Assembly (NCBI GenBank): GCA_963789955.1
Contig: CAWBMV010000012.1
Span: 1 to 64,000, forward strand
Origin: an uncultured Candidatus Rokubacteria bacterium
GTDB taxonomy: Bacteria; Methylomirabilota; Methylomirabilia; Rokubacteriales; CSP1-6
Direction of reading: 5' to 3'
Length of the DNA: 64,000 nucleotides
In this document: piece after piece, positions 32,548-42,575 of the stretch
Numbering within the stretch: the first letter of the stretch is position 1
How the letters are laid out: each line of letters opens with the position of its first letter
The notes under the pieces: model-generated
The model's input: only the letters and a program-made list of their open reading frames with translations
What the model was told of the DNA's origin: nothing
Database searches by the model: none
Made by a program: the position numbers and the translations under genes

Positions 32548-34303
32548 ATGCGCCTCAACCCTGCGAAGACTGCCCTCCTGGCGGCCCTTGTCGCGACGAC
32601 CGCCCTTGCGGTCACCACGTCCGCCCAGTACTCGCTCACGGTCAACAAGGACCGGCTGATCAACGCCCAGAACGAGCCGCAGAACTGGCTGCTGATGAAC
32701 GGCGACTACGGCTCGCTGCGCTACTCCAAGCTCACCCAGATCAACCGCGCCAACGTCAAGGACCTGCGGATGGTGTGGGCGATGGCGCTCGGCGGCATGC
32801 AGGACGTCGGGCAGAACGGCCCCGAGAGCGAAGTCAACCCGCTCATCGACAACGGCTTCATGTACACGAGCGACGGCTGGGGCACGGTCTACAAGATCGA
32901 CGCCCGCAACCCGCAGCGGGGCTCGTTCGTGTGGATGGCCGATCCCGGCGTCGCAGCACGAAGGCAACACGTCGCGCACCCGCGGCATCGCGCTGTGGGA
33001 GGACAAGGTCCTCGCCAACCTGCCGGATGGCCGCGTGATCGCCATCAACCGCGACAACGGCGAGATCGTCTGGGACAAGAAGATGATGACCAAGAACGAG
33101 TTCGGCAACCAGGAGCGGTTCCTCACCGCGCCGCTCGTCGCCGACGGCAAGGTGCTGGTCCAGAACGGCGCCGGCGACGGCGGCACGCGCGGCTGGGTGG
33201 CGGCGCTCGGACGTGAACACCGGCAACGAGCTGTGGCGCTGGTACACGGTGCCCAAGCCGGGCGACCCCGGCAGCGAGACCTGGAAGGACGACCACAACG
33301 CCTGGAAGACCGGCGGCGGCGGCATCTGGCAGACCGGCTCCTACGACGCGGCGCAGAACCTCTACATCGTCGGCACCGGCAACCCGTTCCCGATCTACGA
33401 CCCGCAGTTCCGCCCCGGCGACAACCTCTACACCAACTCGGTGGTCGCGCTCGACGTCGCCACCGGCAAGCTGAAGTGGCACTTCCAGTACACGCCGAAC
33501 GACTCGTGGGACTTCGACGAGGCCGGCGTGTTCATGCTCTACGACCAGACGATCCAGGGCATCGACCGCAAGGTGGTCGGCCACTTCGCGCGCAACGGCT
33601 TCTTCTACTCGGTGGACCGCACCAACGGCCGCTTCATCAAGGCCGAGAAGTACGTGAACGACCTGAACTGGACCAAGGGCATCCATCCCGAAACCGGCAA
33701 GCCGCTCGACTACAACCCGAAGCTCGACGTGCAGATCTACAACCCCGAGGCGCGCGCGCTGCGCGGCGACGGCAAGAAGCGCACGCTGCCCGACGTGGCA
33801 CGGCGGCGTCGCGCATCAGCCGCATGGCCTACAACCCGGTCAAGGACATCGCCTACGGCGTCGGCACCGAAGGCTGCTTCACGCAGAACGGCGCGGCGGT
33901 GGCGTCGCTGGGCAAGGACGGCGGCATCGACAACAAGACCAGCGAGCGCCGCCAGTTCAACAGCGATCTCTACTACGGCGCGGTGACGGCGTTCGACGCC
34001 GTGAACCACAAGGTGATGGCCAAGGCCGTCACCGACATCGAGATCCGCTCGGGCGCCACCGTGACCGCCGGCGGCCTGGTGTTCACGGCGCTGCAGGACG
34101 GCTGGGTCGTGGCCTACAACGACGAGACGCTGGAGGAGCTGTGGCGCTTCAACGTCGGCACGCCGCTCAAGGGCGCGCCGGTCACCTACGCGATCGGGCC
34201 GAAGCAGTTTCTCGCCGTGCAGGCCAGCGGCCGGCACCTGCACCCGGTGAACTGGGACAAGCTGCAGAACTCGAGCTACCTGTTCGTGTTCGCGTTGAAC
34301 TGA
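32548..34303 (+). CDS. PQQ-dependent alcohol-dehydrogenase-family quinoprotein (atypical)
   Basis: NWLLMNGDY..RYSKLTQIN..NVKDL, GGGGIWQTGSYD, GTGNP, PGDNLYTNS, WHFQYTPNDSWDFD, RNGFFY, TAGGLVF. Confidence 0.88.
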
Positions 34304-34307
34304 GCCG

Positions 34308-35702
34308 ATGCAAACGACGAGACACCGGTACCGTGCTTCTCACAGCGCTGGTCGATTGCGGCGACGGCATTGCGGTGCTGTGCGCGCAGGCACCGGCGAC
34401 GCCGGCCCGGCGGCCCGCACCCGGGCCGTGGCGGGCGGTGGGCCAGCCGGCCTGCGTCGGGCCCGAGGGCGGGGCGTTGCAGTGTCCGCCGACGTCCTCC
34501 CGCCGCTGTTGCCATGCGCGCCGGCCGTCTCTTCGACAGCGACACCGGCACCGTCCTGACGAAGCAGGTGATCGTGGTGCAGGGCGAGCGGATCACCGAG
34601 GTCGGACCCGAGGCGCAGGTCAAGATGCCTGCCGGGGCGACCGGTGATCGACCTCAGCGCGGCGACCGTGCTGCCGGGACTGGTCGACGCGCACACGCAC
34701 ATGTTCAACACGCCCGCGAAGGGCATGACGCGCGAGCGCGCGACGCATCATCGCGGTCCAGAACCTGCAGGCCGACCTGCGCGCGGGCTTCACCGCGGCG
34801 CGCGACATGAGCTCGCACACCAACGGCTACGCCGACGTCGAGATGCGCGACGCCATCAACCAGGGCGACCTCGACGGCCCGCGGTTCCAGGTCGCGGGCC
34901 GCGGCATCCGCTGGGCCGCGACGCCGCCCAACCCGGCGGCACCGGACGATCCGCTCGCCGGCACGGTCGTCCGCTCGGCTGACGAGGGCCGCGCCGCGGT
35001 GCGCGATCACGTGGCCAGCGGCGTCGACTGGATCAAGCTGTATCCCACCGGCGCCTACTCGTTCACGCCGCACGGGCGACGGCGCAGTACGTGCTGACGT
35101 ATCCGCTGCCGGTCCTGCAGGCGATCATCGACGAGACGCATCGGCTCGGCCGCAAGGCCGCGTGCCACGCCTTCGGCGGCGAGGGCTGCAGAACGCGATC
35201 ACCGCCGGCTGCGACACCATCGAGCACGGCTACGGCCTGACGCAGGCGCAGCTCGACACGATGGTGCAGAAGAAGCTCGACTTCGATCCGACGCTCGCGC
35301 GCTACACCGCGCCGTACATGGACGACAACGACGCCAAGAACACCGGCGGCAAGTTCCGGATGATCCCGATCTTCGAGAAGGCCGTGACGATGGCGGTCGC
35401 CACCAAGGGCCTCCGGACCATGGTCGGGAGCGGCGTCGACGGCTCGACGTTCCCGCACGGCACGCAGGCGCTCGAGTTCGAGCTGCTGGTCAAGCGGACC
35501 GGCATGACGCCGGTCGCGAGCCCTGCAGGCCGGCACCATCGTCAACGCCGAGGTGATGGGCTGGGGCGATCAGATCGGCTCGATCGCGAAGGGCAAGTTC
35601 GCCGATCTGGTCGCGGTGCCCGGCGATCCCACGGCCGACATCACGGCTCTGCAGCGTGTGCGCTTCGTGATGAAGGGCGGGAAAATAATACGACAGGATT
35701 GA
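34308..35702 (+). CDS. amidohydrolase family protein (Xaa-Pro dipeptidase-like), secreted
   Basis: VLPGLVDAHTH, GVDWIKLY, ACHAFG, TIEHG, GSIAKGKFADLVAV, VRFVMKGG. Confidence 0.88.
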
Positions 35703-36957
35703 GGGCCGCGAAGCGTGGATCGCGCCTGAACGCGTCCATCTTCGGATCGACGTGCATCGCGAGCACGAATCCTGAGTACTCGTCGACGGAGCGCTCCAGC
35801 TCCAGCCACGCCTCGTCGGCCTGCTGCAGCGCCTGGCGGAAGACCGCCATGTAGTACGCGTCCACGTACTCGGACCGCCGGAGCTCGTCCAGTTCCACCA
35901 GGATGGCTATGGCCTCGGCCTCGCGGCCCATCTTCGCCAGGCAGGTGCCTTCGAGCGCGCGCAGCCAGGGCAGGTCCGGCGACATAACCGACGCGATCTG
36001 GTACTGGCGCAAGGCCTCTGCAAACCGCCCGGAGAACTCCAATGCCTGCCCGTAGTGCACCCGCACGATCTGGAGGTACGGGTGCAGCTCGACCGCCTTG
36101 GTGCCCACGGCGATCGCGTGCTCGAACTCGCGCCTGTAGACGCGAATCTGGATCTCGCTGGCCGGCAGCGTGGCCTTCAGCGGATCGGCTTGCGCGCCGC
36201 GCTGCAGCATCGCCACGGCGTCGTCGAGGCGATCGAGGTTCGCGTACAGGAGCGCCGCGCGCACGTAGGCATCGCCGAGCGACGGCTTCTCCTCGAGCGT
36301 GCGCAGCAGTTCCGACTCGGCCTCCGCGAAGCGTCGCTCGAACAGATGCAGGCCGTGCGCCCGGTTGCAGCGCAGCTCGGCCCGGAATCCCCCCAGCGCC
36401 GCCGCCCGCTCGTTCGCTTCGATGAACCTGGGATACACCTCGAGCGGTGGCTGCATCCCGAAGACGGCCAGCATCAGGTAGCACTGCGACAGGCCATCGT
36501 AGGCGCGGAAGTCGCCGGGGCAGTCGGCCGCGGCACTCTCGAAGCAGTCGATCGCCAGCTCCGCGCCCTCGCGCGTCCGGCGATCCCAGAAGTGCCAGCC
36601 CTTCCGGATCAACTCCTCGGAGGTGGGCAGCTCCAGACAGTAGCCGGCCTTGGGCCGATGCGTAATCCACCGGCCGTACTCGCCCAGGATCTTCTTTACC
36701 TCGCCCACCGTCACGTCCACCGTGTGGCGCGACACGTGCGTGCCGTCCCACGCCTCGGCGATCATCCGGTCGTGGCCGACCGCGCGGCCGTTGTAACGAA
36801 GCAGGACACGCAGCGCCTGAAACGCCTGCGGGCGCAGCCGGACGTCCACTCCGTCGCGCGTGATGCGTGAGTTGGCCAGATCGATGGTGAAGGGTCCGAA
36901 GACGATCTCGGTCACGACGTGGGTACCGATACGAGATTTGACCGTTTTTTGCGACAC
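35641..36957 (-). CDS. OmpR/CadC-type winged-helix plus TPR regulator
   Basis: FGPFTID...LRPQAFQALRVLL...W...VDVTVGEVKKIL...PKAGY, then TPR helices, DPKMDAFRRDPRF; intact ORF. Confidence 0.85.
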   Translation of the reverse strand: MSQKTVKSRIGTHVVTEIVFGPFTIDLANSRITRDGVDVRLRPQAFQALRVLLRYNGRAVGHDRMIAEAWDGTHVSRHTVDVTVGEVKKILGEYGRWITHRPKAGYCLELPTSEELIRKGWHFWDRRTREGAELAIDCFESAAADCPGDFRAYDGLSQCYLMLAVFGMQPPLEVYPRFIEANERAAALGGFRAELRCNRAHGLHLFERRFAEAESELLRTLEEKPSLGDAYVRAALLYANLDRLDDAVAMLQRGAQADPLKATLPASEIQIRVYRREFEHAIAVGTKAVELHPYLQIVRVHYGQALEFSGRFAEALRQYQIASVMSPDLPWLRALEGTCLAKMGREAEAIAILVELDELRRSEYVDAYYMAVFRQALQQADEAWLELERSVDEYSGFVLAMHVDPKMDAFRRDPRFAALNPVVLFSRPSSRSAHAAEP

Positions 36958-37084
36958 CCCGCGCGCGACCCTCCCCTAGGATCCCGCGTGGGATGCTGTG
37001 AACGGAACAGGCAGACGTCTCTAGCGTCTGCCGACCACGACCGCCCGGCTCTGGCGCCGTGCCGTTCACAGCATACTCAATATC

Positions 37085-37181
37085 AGTCTCCGGTCTTCAG
37101 TCTTCGGTCTACAGTCCTTCTGTGCGGAACTGCAGTCCGGAAACTGCAGGACAAAAGACTGAAGACCGAAGCCCGAAGACT
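37085..37181. repeat. second copy of the heptamer hairpin with TGTGCGGAACTGC core
   Basis: AGTCTCC GGTCTTC AGTCTTC GGTCTAC AGTCC, core at 37121-37133, GAAGACC/GAAGACT arm ending at the cytochrome stop codon. Confidence 0.8.
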
Positions 37182-37713
37182 ATTTGGTGAATTCCGCGCA
37201 GGTCGAGACGTCCGAGCCCCAGAACTCGATGCACTTCGCGCGGTCCATCGGGCCCTGCCCCACCACCTTGGCGAAGAGGAAGTCGGCCACCTGCTCGATC
37301 TCGCGCGGCTGGAGGGTCGCCGCCGGATCCGGCATCGTCAGGTTGGTGCGCACCAGATCCGCTTCCTTCATCCCGTAGCAGCGGCCGTCGCTATAGGCCA
37401 GGCGGTCGAACGACGGCATCCCCTTGCCGGGCACCCCGCATTTGACCGCGACGATCAGCTTCTCGCGGTTCAGTTTCGTGGTGCGGAGATTGGCGCCGTC
37501 GGGCATCTGGCTGTCCATCTTCCTACCGTCGCCCGCCCACCCGTGGCAGGCCTGGCAGTCGCCCTTCTGGCGGAAGATGCGCAAGCCTGCGGCCACGTCT
37601 TCGGCGCTCGGGGCCTGCGCCCGCACGACCGACTCCCCGGTCGTCGCCATGAGAGCGGCTGCCAGGCAACCCCCGCAGACACCGGCCGCCAGCAGGCGTT
37701 TCAATGGGCTCAT
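37180..37713 (-). CDS. monoheme c-type cytochrome
   Basis: signal peptide, CQACH, GKGMP distal Met; four further Cys. Confidence 0.88.
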   Translation of the reverse strand: MSPLKRLLAAGVCGGCLAAALMATTGESVVRAQAPSAEDVAAGLRIFRQKGDCQACHGWAGDGRKMDSQMPDGANLRTTKLNREKLIVAVKCGVPGKGMPSFDRLAYSDGRCYGMKEADLVRTNLTMPDPAATLQPREIEQVADFLFAKVVGQGPMDRAKCIEFWGSDVSTCAEFTK

Positions 37714-37733
37714 GCAAGGCATTCTAATAGCGT

Positions 37734-38820
37734 GTGCCGTTTCCAATAGAGCCGCCGGTCGAGCCGATGCTCGCCAAGCTCACCGAGGAGGTGCCTGAGG
37801 GCGACTTCCTGTTCGAGCCCAAGTGGGATGGGTTCCGCGCGATCGTGTTCCGCGGCGGCAGCGGCGACATCTTCATCCAGAGCCGCGACCTGCGCCCGCT
37901 CGACCGCTACTTCCCCGAGCTGCAGCGACGTGCTGCTCGCGCAGCTGCCGGACGGCTGCGTGGTCGACGGCGAGATCGTGATCGCCACCCCGGACGGACT
38001 CGACTTCGACGCGCTGCAGATGCGGCTGCATCCGGCGGCGTCGCGCGTGGCGAAGCTGGCGCGCGAGACACCGTCGTCGTTTGTGGCCTTCGACCTGCTT
38101 GCGGCCGGCGGCGCAGGATCTGCGCGACCGCCCGCAGAGCGAGCGGCGCGCGCAGCTCGAGCAGCTGCTGGCCGGGGCGCGCGCGCCGCTGCACCTCACG
38201 CCGCTGACGCGCGATCGCGCGCTGGCCATCGAATGGCTGTCCCAGTTCGAGGGCGCCGGCCTGGACGGCGTCATCGCCAAGCCGGCCGGCGGCGCATACC
38301 AGCCGGGCAAGCGCGCGATGCTCAAGATCAAGCACGCGCGCACCGCCGACTGCGTGGTCGCCGGGTTCCGCTGGCACAAGAACGGCCCGGGCGAACTGGT
38401 CGGGTCGCTCCTGCTCGGCCTCTACGACGACTCGGGCCAGCTGCACCACGTCGGCGTCACCTCGTCGTTCACGATGGCGGCGCGGCGGCAGCTCGCCGAG
38501 GAGCTCGAGCCGCTGCGCAAGGGCGCGCTGGACGCCCATCCGTGGCGGGCGTGGGCGAGTCGAGCGACGGCTCGACCCGCATGCCGGGAGGCCAGAGCCG
38601 CTGGAGCGCCGGCAAGGACCTGTCGTGGGAGCCGCTGCGGATCGAGCGGGTGTGCGAGGTGAAGTACGACCACATGCAGGGCGACCGCTTCCGGCACGCG
38701 GCGGTGTTCGAGCGGTGGCGACCGGATCGCCAGCCGCAGGACTGCCGCTACGATCAGCTGGAGGTCACGACTCCGTACGAGCTCGAGAAGGTCTTCGCTA
38801 GCGACGCTTCGCGTCGCTAG
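37734..38820 (+). CDS. ligC: ATP-dependent DNA ligase, LigC type
   Basis: PMLAK, EPKWDGFR (KxDG), VDGEIV, FVAFDLL, DGVIAK, KIKHARTADCVVAGFRWHK, RFRH. Confidence 0.88.
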
Positions 38821-38821
38821 C
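38797..38821. terminator. 11-bp hairpin at the junction of convergent ligase and Prim-Pol genes
   Basis: GCTAGCGACGC-TTC-GCGTCGCTAGC. Confidence 0.55.
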
Positions 38822-40110
38822 GGTCTTCGCCGTGTCTTATCGCCCGCGCTTCGCGCGGGCCAGTCGTTCAGGTCGTCGTCGGGGTCGAGCGCTTCCTGCG
38901 CCGGCCGCAGCGCCGCCGGCACGTGCTGCAGGTTGACGCGGATGCGCGTCCAGGTCGTGAAGCGCCCGCGCATCGCATCGACGAGCACGTCCGCCGGCTC
39001 GAGATGCGCGCTCGCCTCGGGATGTCTCGCCTTCCAGCGCTCGAGGCCCGCGAGCGCGTCGGCCTTGTCGCGGGCCCGCCCAATCTCGACCAGCGGATGC
39101 CTGGGCACGCGCCGCTTCGACGGCGCCACCCGCGGCGCCTCGCCCGGCTGCTTGCGGTAGTGCGGCGGCCACGGCGCGTCGCCGAGGCCCTCCTTCTCCT
39201 GCCGCGCCGACAGCTCCAGCAGCGCGTCGAGGCTGCCGGCCGAGTCGTCGATGTCGCGATGGCGATCGCCGACCTCGGCAAACCGCGCCGGCATGGTGCG
39301 CAGCGTGAAGTCGGCCGGGTCGCAGGCGCCGACCTCGTCCCACGCCAGCGGCGCCGAGACGCGCGCGTCGGGCTTGGGCCGCACCGAGTAGGCGGCAGCA
39401 ACCGTCCGGTCCTTGGCGTTCTGGTTGTAGTCGAGGAACACGCCGTGGCGCTCCTCCTTCCACCACTTGCTGGTCGCCAGCGCCGGCGCGCGCCGCTCCA
39501 CCTCACGCGCCAGCGCCAGCGCCGCGCGCCGGACCTCGGCGAAACCCCAGCGTCGTTCGATCCGCACGTAGATGTGCATGCCGCGCGAGCCGGATGTCTT
39601 GGGCCAGCCCACCAGGCCGAGGTCGGCCAGCGTCGCCCGCACCACGGCGGCCACCTCGCGGACCTGCGACCACTCGACGCCAGGCACCGGATCGAGATCG
39701 ATCCGCATCTCGTCGGGGTGATCGAGGTCCTCGGCGCGCACCGGATGCGGATGCAGCTCGAGGCAGGCCAGGTTGGCCATCCACACCAGCGCGGCGGCGT
39801 CGCGCGGCACCACTTCGTTCGCCGTGCGGCCGGACGGAAACGACAGCTCCACCACCTCGACCCATGGCGGCCGCGACTCGGGCGCGCGCTTCTGGTAGAA
39901 CGACTCCTCGTCGATGCCGTTGGGAAACCGGAGCAGCATGTTCGGCCGCCCGCCCGCCCCGCGCAGCGCGCCGTCCGCGACGGCGAGGTAGTAGCGGGCG
40001 AGATCCAGCTTGGTGTGGCCGGCCTGTGGAAAGAGGACCTTGCGCGGGTTCGACACCGCCACCTCCCGGCCGCCGACGGTCAGGATCTCGTGTTCGGGCG
40101 CGCGTGCCAC
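38817..40110 (-). CDS. AEP primase-polymerase (LigD-Pol/Prim-PolC type) with C-terminal extension
   Basis: SNPRKVLFP, TKLDLARYY, RFPNGI..FYQKR, MRIDLDP, KTSGSRGMHIY, FLDYNQN, YSVR; true stop probably near 38817 after an indel. Confidence 0.9.
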
Positions 40111-40186
40111 AGTTTGCTGATTGTAGACGCGGCTCGAGTGGGTCGCTTCCTGCAACCGCGCACAGGGCGGACGTCGGCGTCGCGCA

Positions 40187-41341
40187 TCACAGCGCTGGGC
40201 ATGCCGGTCCGTCGCTGATCATGGCGACCCGGGCCTTGAACGCGCGAACCCAGTCATCTACGGGGCGGACGTCGCTGAACAGCCCGCGCTTCTGATCGAA
40301 CCGCGCGCCGACAAAGAGATCCCGGGCCTGGGCATCGGACATCTGCCGCAACCGCTTCAGCAGCAACTGGCGGCCGGGCTCGCCCACGCGCGTGTCGGAG
40401 AACGTGGTGCCGCCGTACGGCAGGCTGCTCATCGTCAACTGGCACGACGCACGGGCGCCCCAGATGCCGATCGTGGTCCAACCCTCGACGTCCACCTTGC
40501 GCGGACCGAACGCCGCGCCCAGATCCTGCAGGACCAGCATCGGCTCCGGGCAGCCCGTGCCGTCCGGCCACTGGCGGCTCACGCACACCAGCCGCTGGTT
40601 GTCGGGCTTGTTGTCCCAGTGTGCCAGGAACGCCGCCAGCAGCCGCAACGCGTCCACGTGGGCGCGAGGAGACCCACCCTTGGCCGAGTCCACCTCGTCG
40701 AGCTCCTGAAACGACCAGCCCGATCGAGACGCCGTCTCGATCGGCTGACCGCCGTATTTGCGCTCGATCGCCACCCAATCGAAGTCCCGGTACTGGTCGT
40801 AGTCCACCGCGCGGGCCAACAGCGGGCCTGCGCGCACGACATCTAGGGTCTTCATCGTCGTGAAGGGTTCGACCGGGCATCCGTGGCAATGCAACCGCCG
40901 GACGAGTGTGATGGTGTCGGCCGCGAACCCGAGCGCGCGGACCAGCCGTGTGGCCGCGGCCTCAGAAGGAATCTCCGAGCCGTTGCCGTACTTGACCCGA
41001 ACCTGCTCGCCGGTCTGCAGCACGCAATCGAACTTCGGCGTCGTTCCTCCCGGCCGCGTCACGACGAAGCGGCATGACATCTCGTCGAGCGGCGCGACCC
41101 GGAACAGATGCGGGGCGAGCGGCCGGCGGGAGTCGCGCCATACCTGCGCGCGGGCGAGTGCGTCCTGCCGCACGGCATCCGAAACCACGCGCGCGTTCGC
41201 GGAAGGCGCCTTGGCCCGCTCGAGCTCGGAGGGTGTGGGCGCGGCCACGGGGGTTTCCGATCGATGGCTGCTGTCCACCGCAACCCAGACGGCTGCCGCC
41301 AGAGCGGTCACACCGATGACAGCAGGGACCCCCAAGCGCAC
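40187..41341 (-). CDS. membrane-anchored/secreted protein-kinase-like fold protein
   Basis: N-terminal hydrophobic anchor, GGTTPKF, VRVKYG, SEAAATRL, HWDNKPDNQ, LQDLG; intact ORF. Confidence 0.6.
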   Translation of the reverse strand: MRLGVPAVIGVTALAAAVWVAVDSSHRSETPVAAPTPSELERAKAPSANARVVSDAVRQDALARAQVWRDSRRPLAPHLFRVAPLDEMSCRFVVTRPGGTTPKFDCVLQTGEQVRVKYGNGSEIPSEAAATRLVRALGFAADTITLVRRLHCHGCPVEPFTTMKTLDVVRAGPLLARAVDYDQYRDFDWVAIERKYGGQPIETASRSGWSFQELDEVDSAKGGSPRAHVDALRLLAAFLAHWDNKPDNQRLVCVSRQWPDGTGCPEPMLVLQDLGAAFGPRKVDVEGWTTIGIWGARASCQLTMSSLPYGGTTFSDTRVGEPGRQLLLKRLRQMSDAQARDLFVGARFDQKRGLFSDVRPVDDWVRAFKARVAMISDGPACPAL

Positions 41342-41394
41342 GAGATGGGCAGCTGCAAGCGACGGACCAGTTCAGCACTGAGTCCGCGGTCGTG

Positions 41395-42565
41395 TCAGGC
41401 CATCACGCCCGGCAACGCGCGCGCCGCCGACGAGTTGGGGAACACGCGGTCCAGCTGCGCGGCCGTGAGGTCGAAGGTGCCGGCGACCGCGGTCTTGAGC
41501 AGCGCGCGTGTGTCGAGGGTCGGCTGCAGATCGCGTCCTTCGTACAGCGCGCTCGTGCGCCAGGCCTGGCCAGTCGGCCACTACGTCGACGCGCGCCAGC
41601 CGCGGGCCGAGGATGAACCCCGCGCCCGCCGTGCCGTGGTCGGTGCCGCGCGTGCCGTTGGGCGCGCGCCGTGCGGCCGAACTCGGTCATCACGACGACG
41701 TCGTGGTCACGTCCCACGCGGCGCCCATCTCGGTGCGAAAGGTCATGAGGCCCTCGGCCAGCTGGCCGAGCAGCCGATCGAGCGCGCCGCCCGCCATGCC
41801 CTGGTTGGCGTGCGTGTCCCAGCCACTCAGCTCCATCGCGGCGACGTTGGGTCCGCCATCGGCCTTCAGGATGCGCGCAGCGGCGGTCATCAGCGCCACC
41901 GCGCCGTCGCGTCGCGCCCGGCCGCGCGCCATCGGCTCCTCGCCCACCATCTCCTGCTGCTGGATGGCGGCCTCGAAGCGGTTGTGCAGCACGGCGTCGG
42001 CACGATACAGCGCCGCCAGCCGATCGCGGAACGCGTCGTCCACGACGCCCAGCTGCGTCGGCGACCAGCTTTGCACGTCGTAGGCCCCGGACAGCGACAG
42101 CGGCATGCCCGCGGCGATCGCGATGCCGGCGCGCGTGCCGTCCATCACCTGCAGCAGGCGATTGAGCCAGCCGTCCGACGACCCGACGGGCTTGTCGAGG
42201 CCCGACTCGAGCACGGCCTGGCCGTCGAAGTGGCTGCGCGTGCGATGCGGAATCGCCATCGCGTGCGCCACGGCCAGCTGGCCGTCGTCCCAGAACGCGC
42301 GGAGCGGCGCCAGGCCCGGCGCCAGGCCGAACGTGTCGTCGAGCGTCGTCAGCGTCGGACGCGTCGTAGGCGAACGCGCCGCGGAGTCTCGCGATAGGCG
42401 GGATCGCCCGACGGGCACGACGGCGGCCAGCCCGTCGAAGCCGCCGCGCAGCAGCACGAACACGAAGCGGCCCGGCTGGCGCACCTGCGCGAAGCTGACC
42501 GACGGCAGGGCGAACGTGGCCAGTCCGCCGTAACACATCGACTGCAGGAAGGCGCGGCGGCGCAT
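41395..42565 (-). CDS. DUF1501 family protein (Tat signal)
   Basis: MRRRAFL, FVLLRGGFDGL, TRSHFDGQ, GWLNR, GWDTH.NQ, TEFGRT, GTDHG. Confidence 0.88.
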
Positions 42566-42575
42566 GGTGCTCTCC

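Noticed and set aside
38422..38816. Prim-Pol ORF overlapping ligC by about 400 nt
   Set aside because: The extension is the antisense of ligC; a TAG in a neighbouring frame at 38817-38819 suggests a missed stop due to an indel
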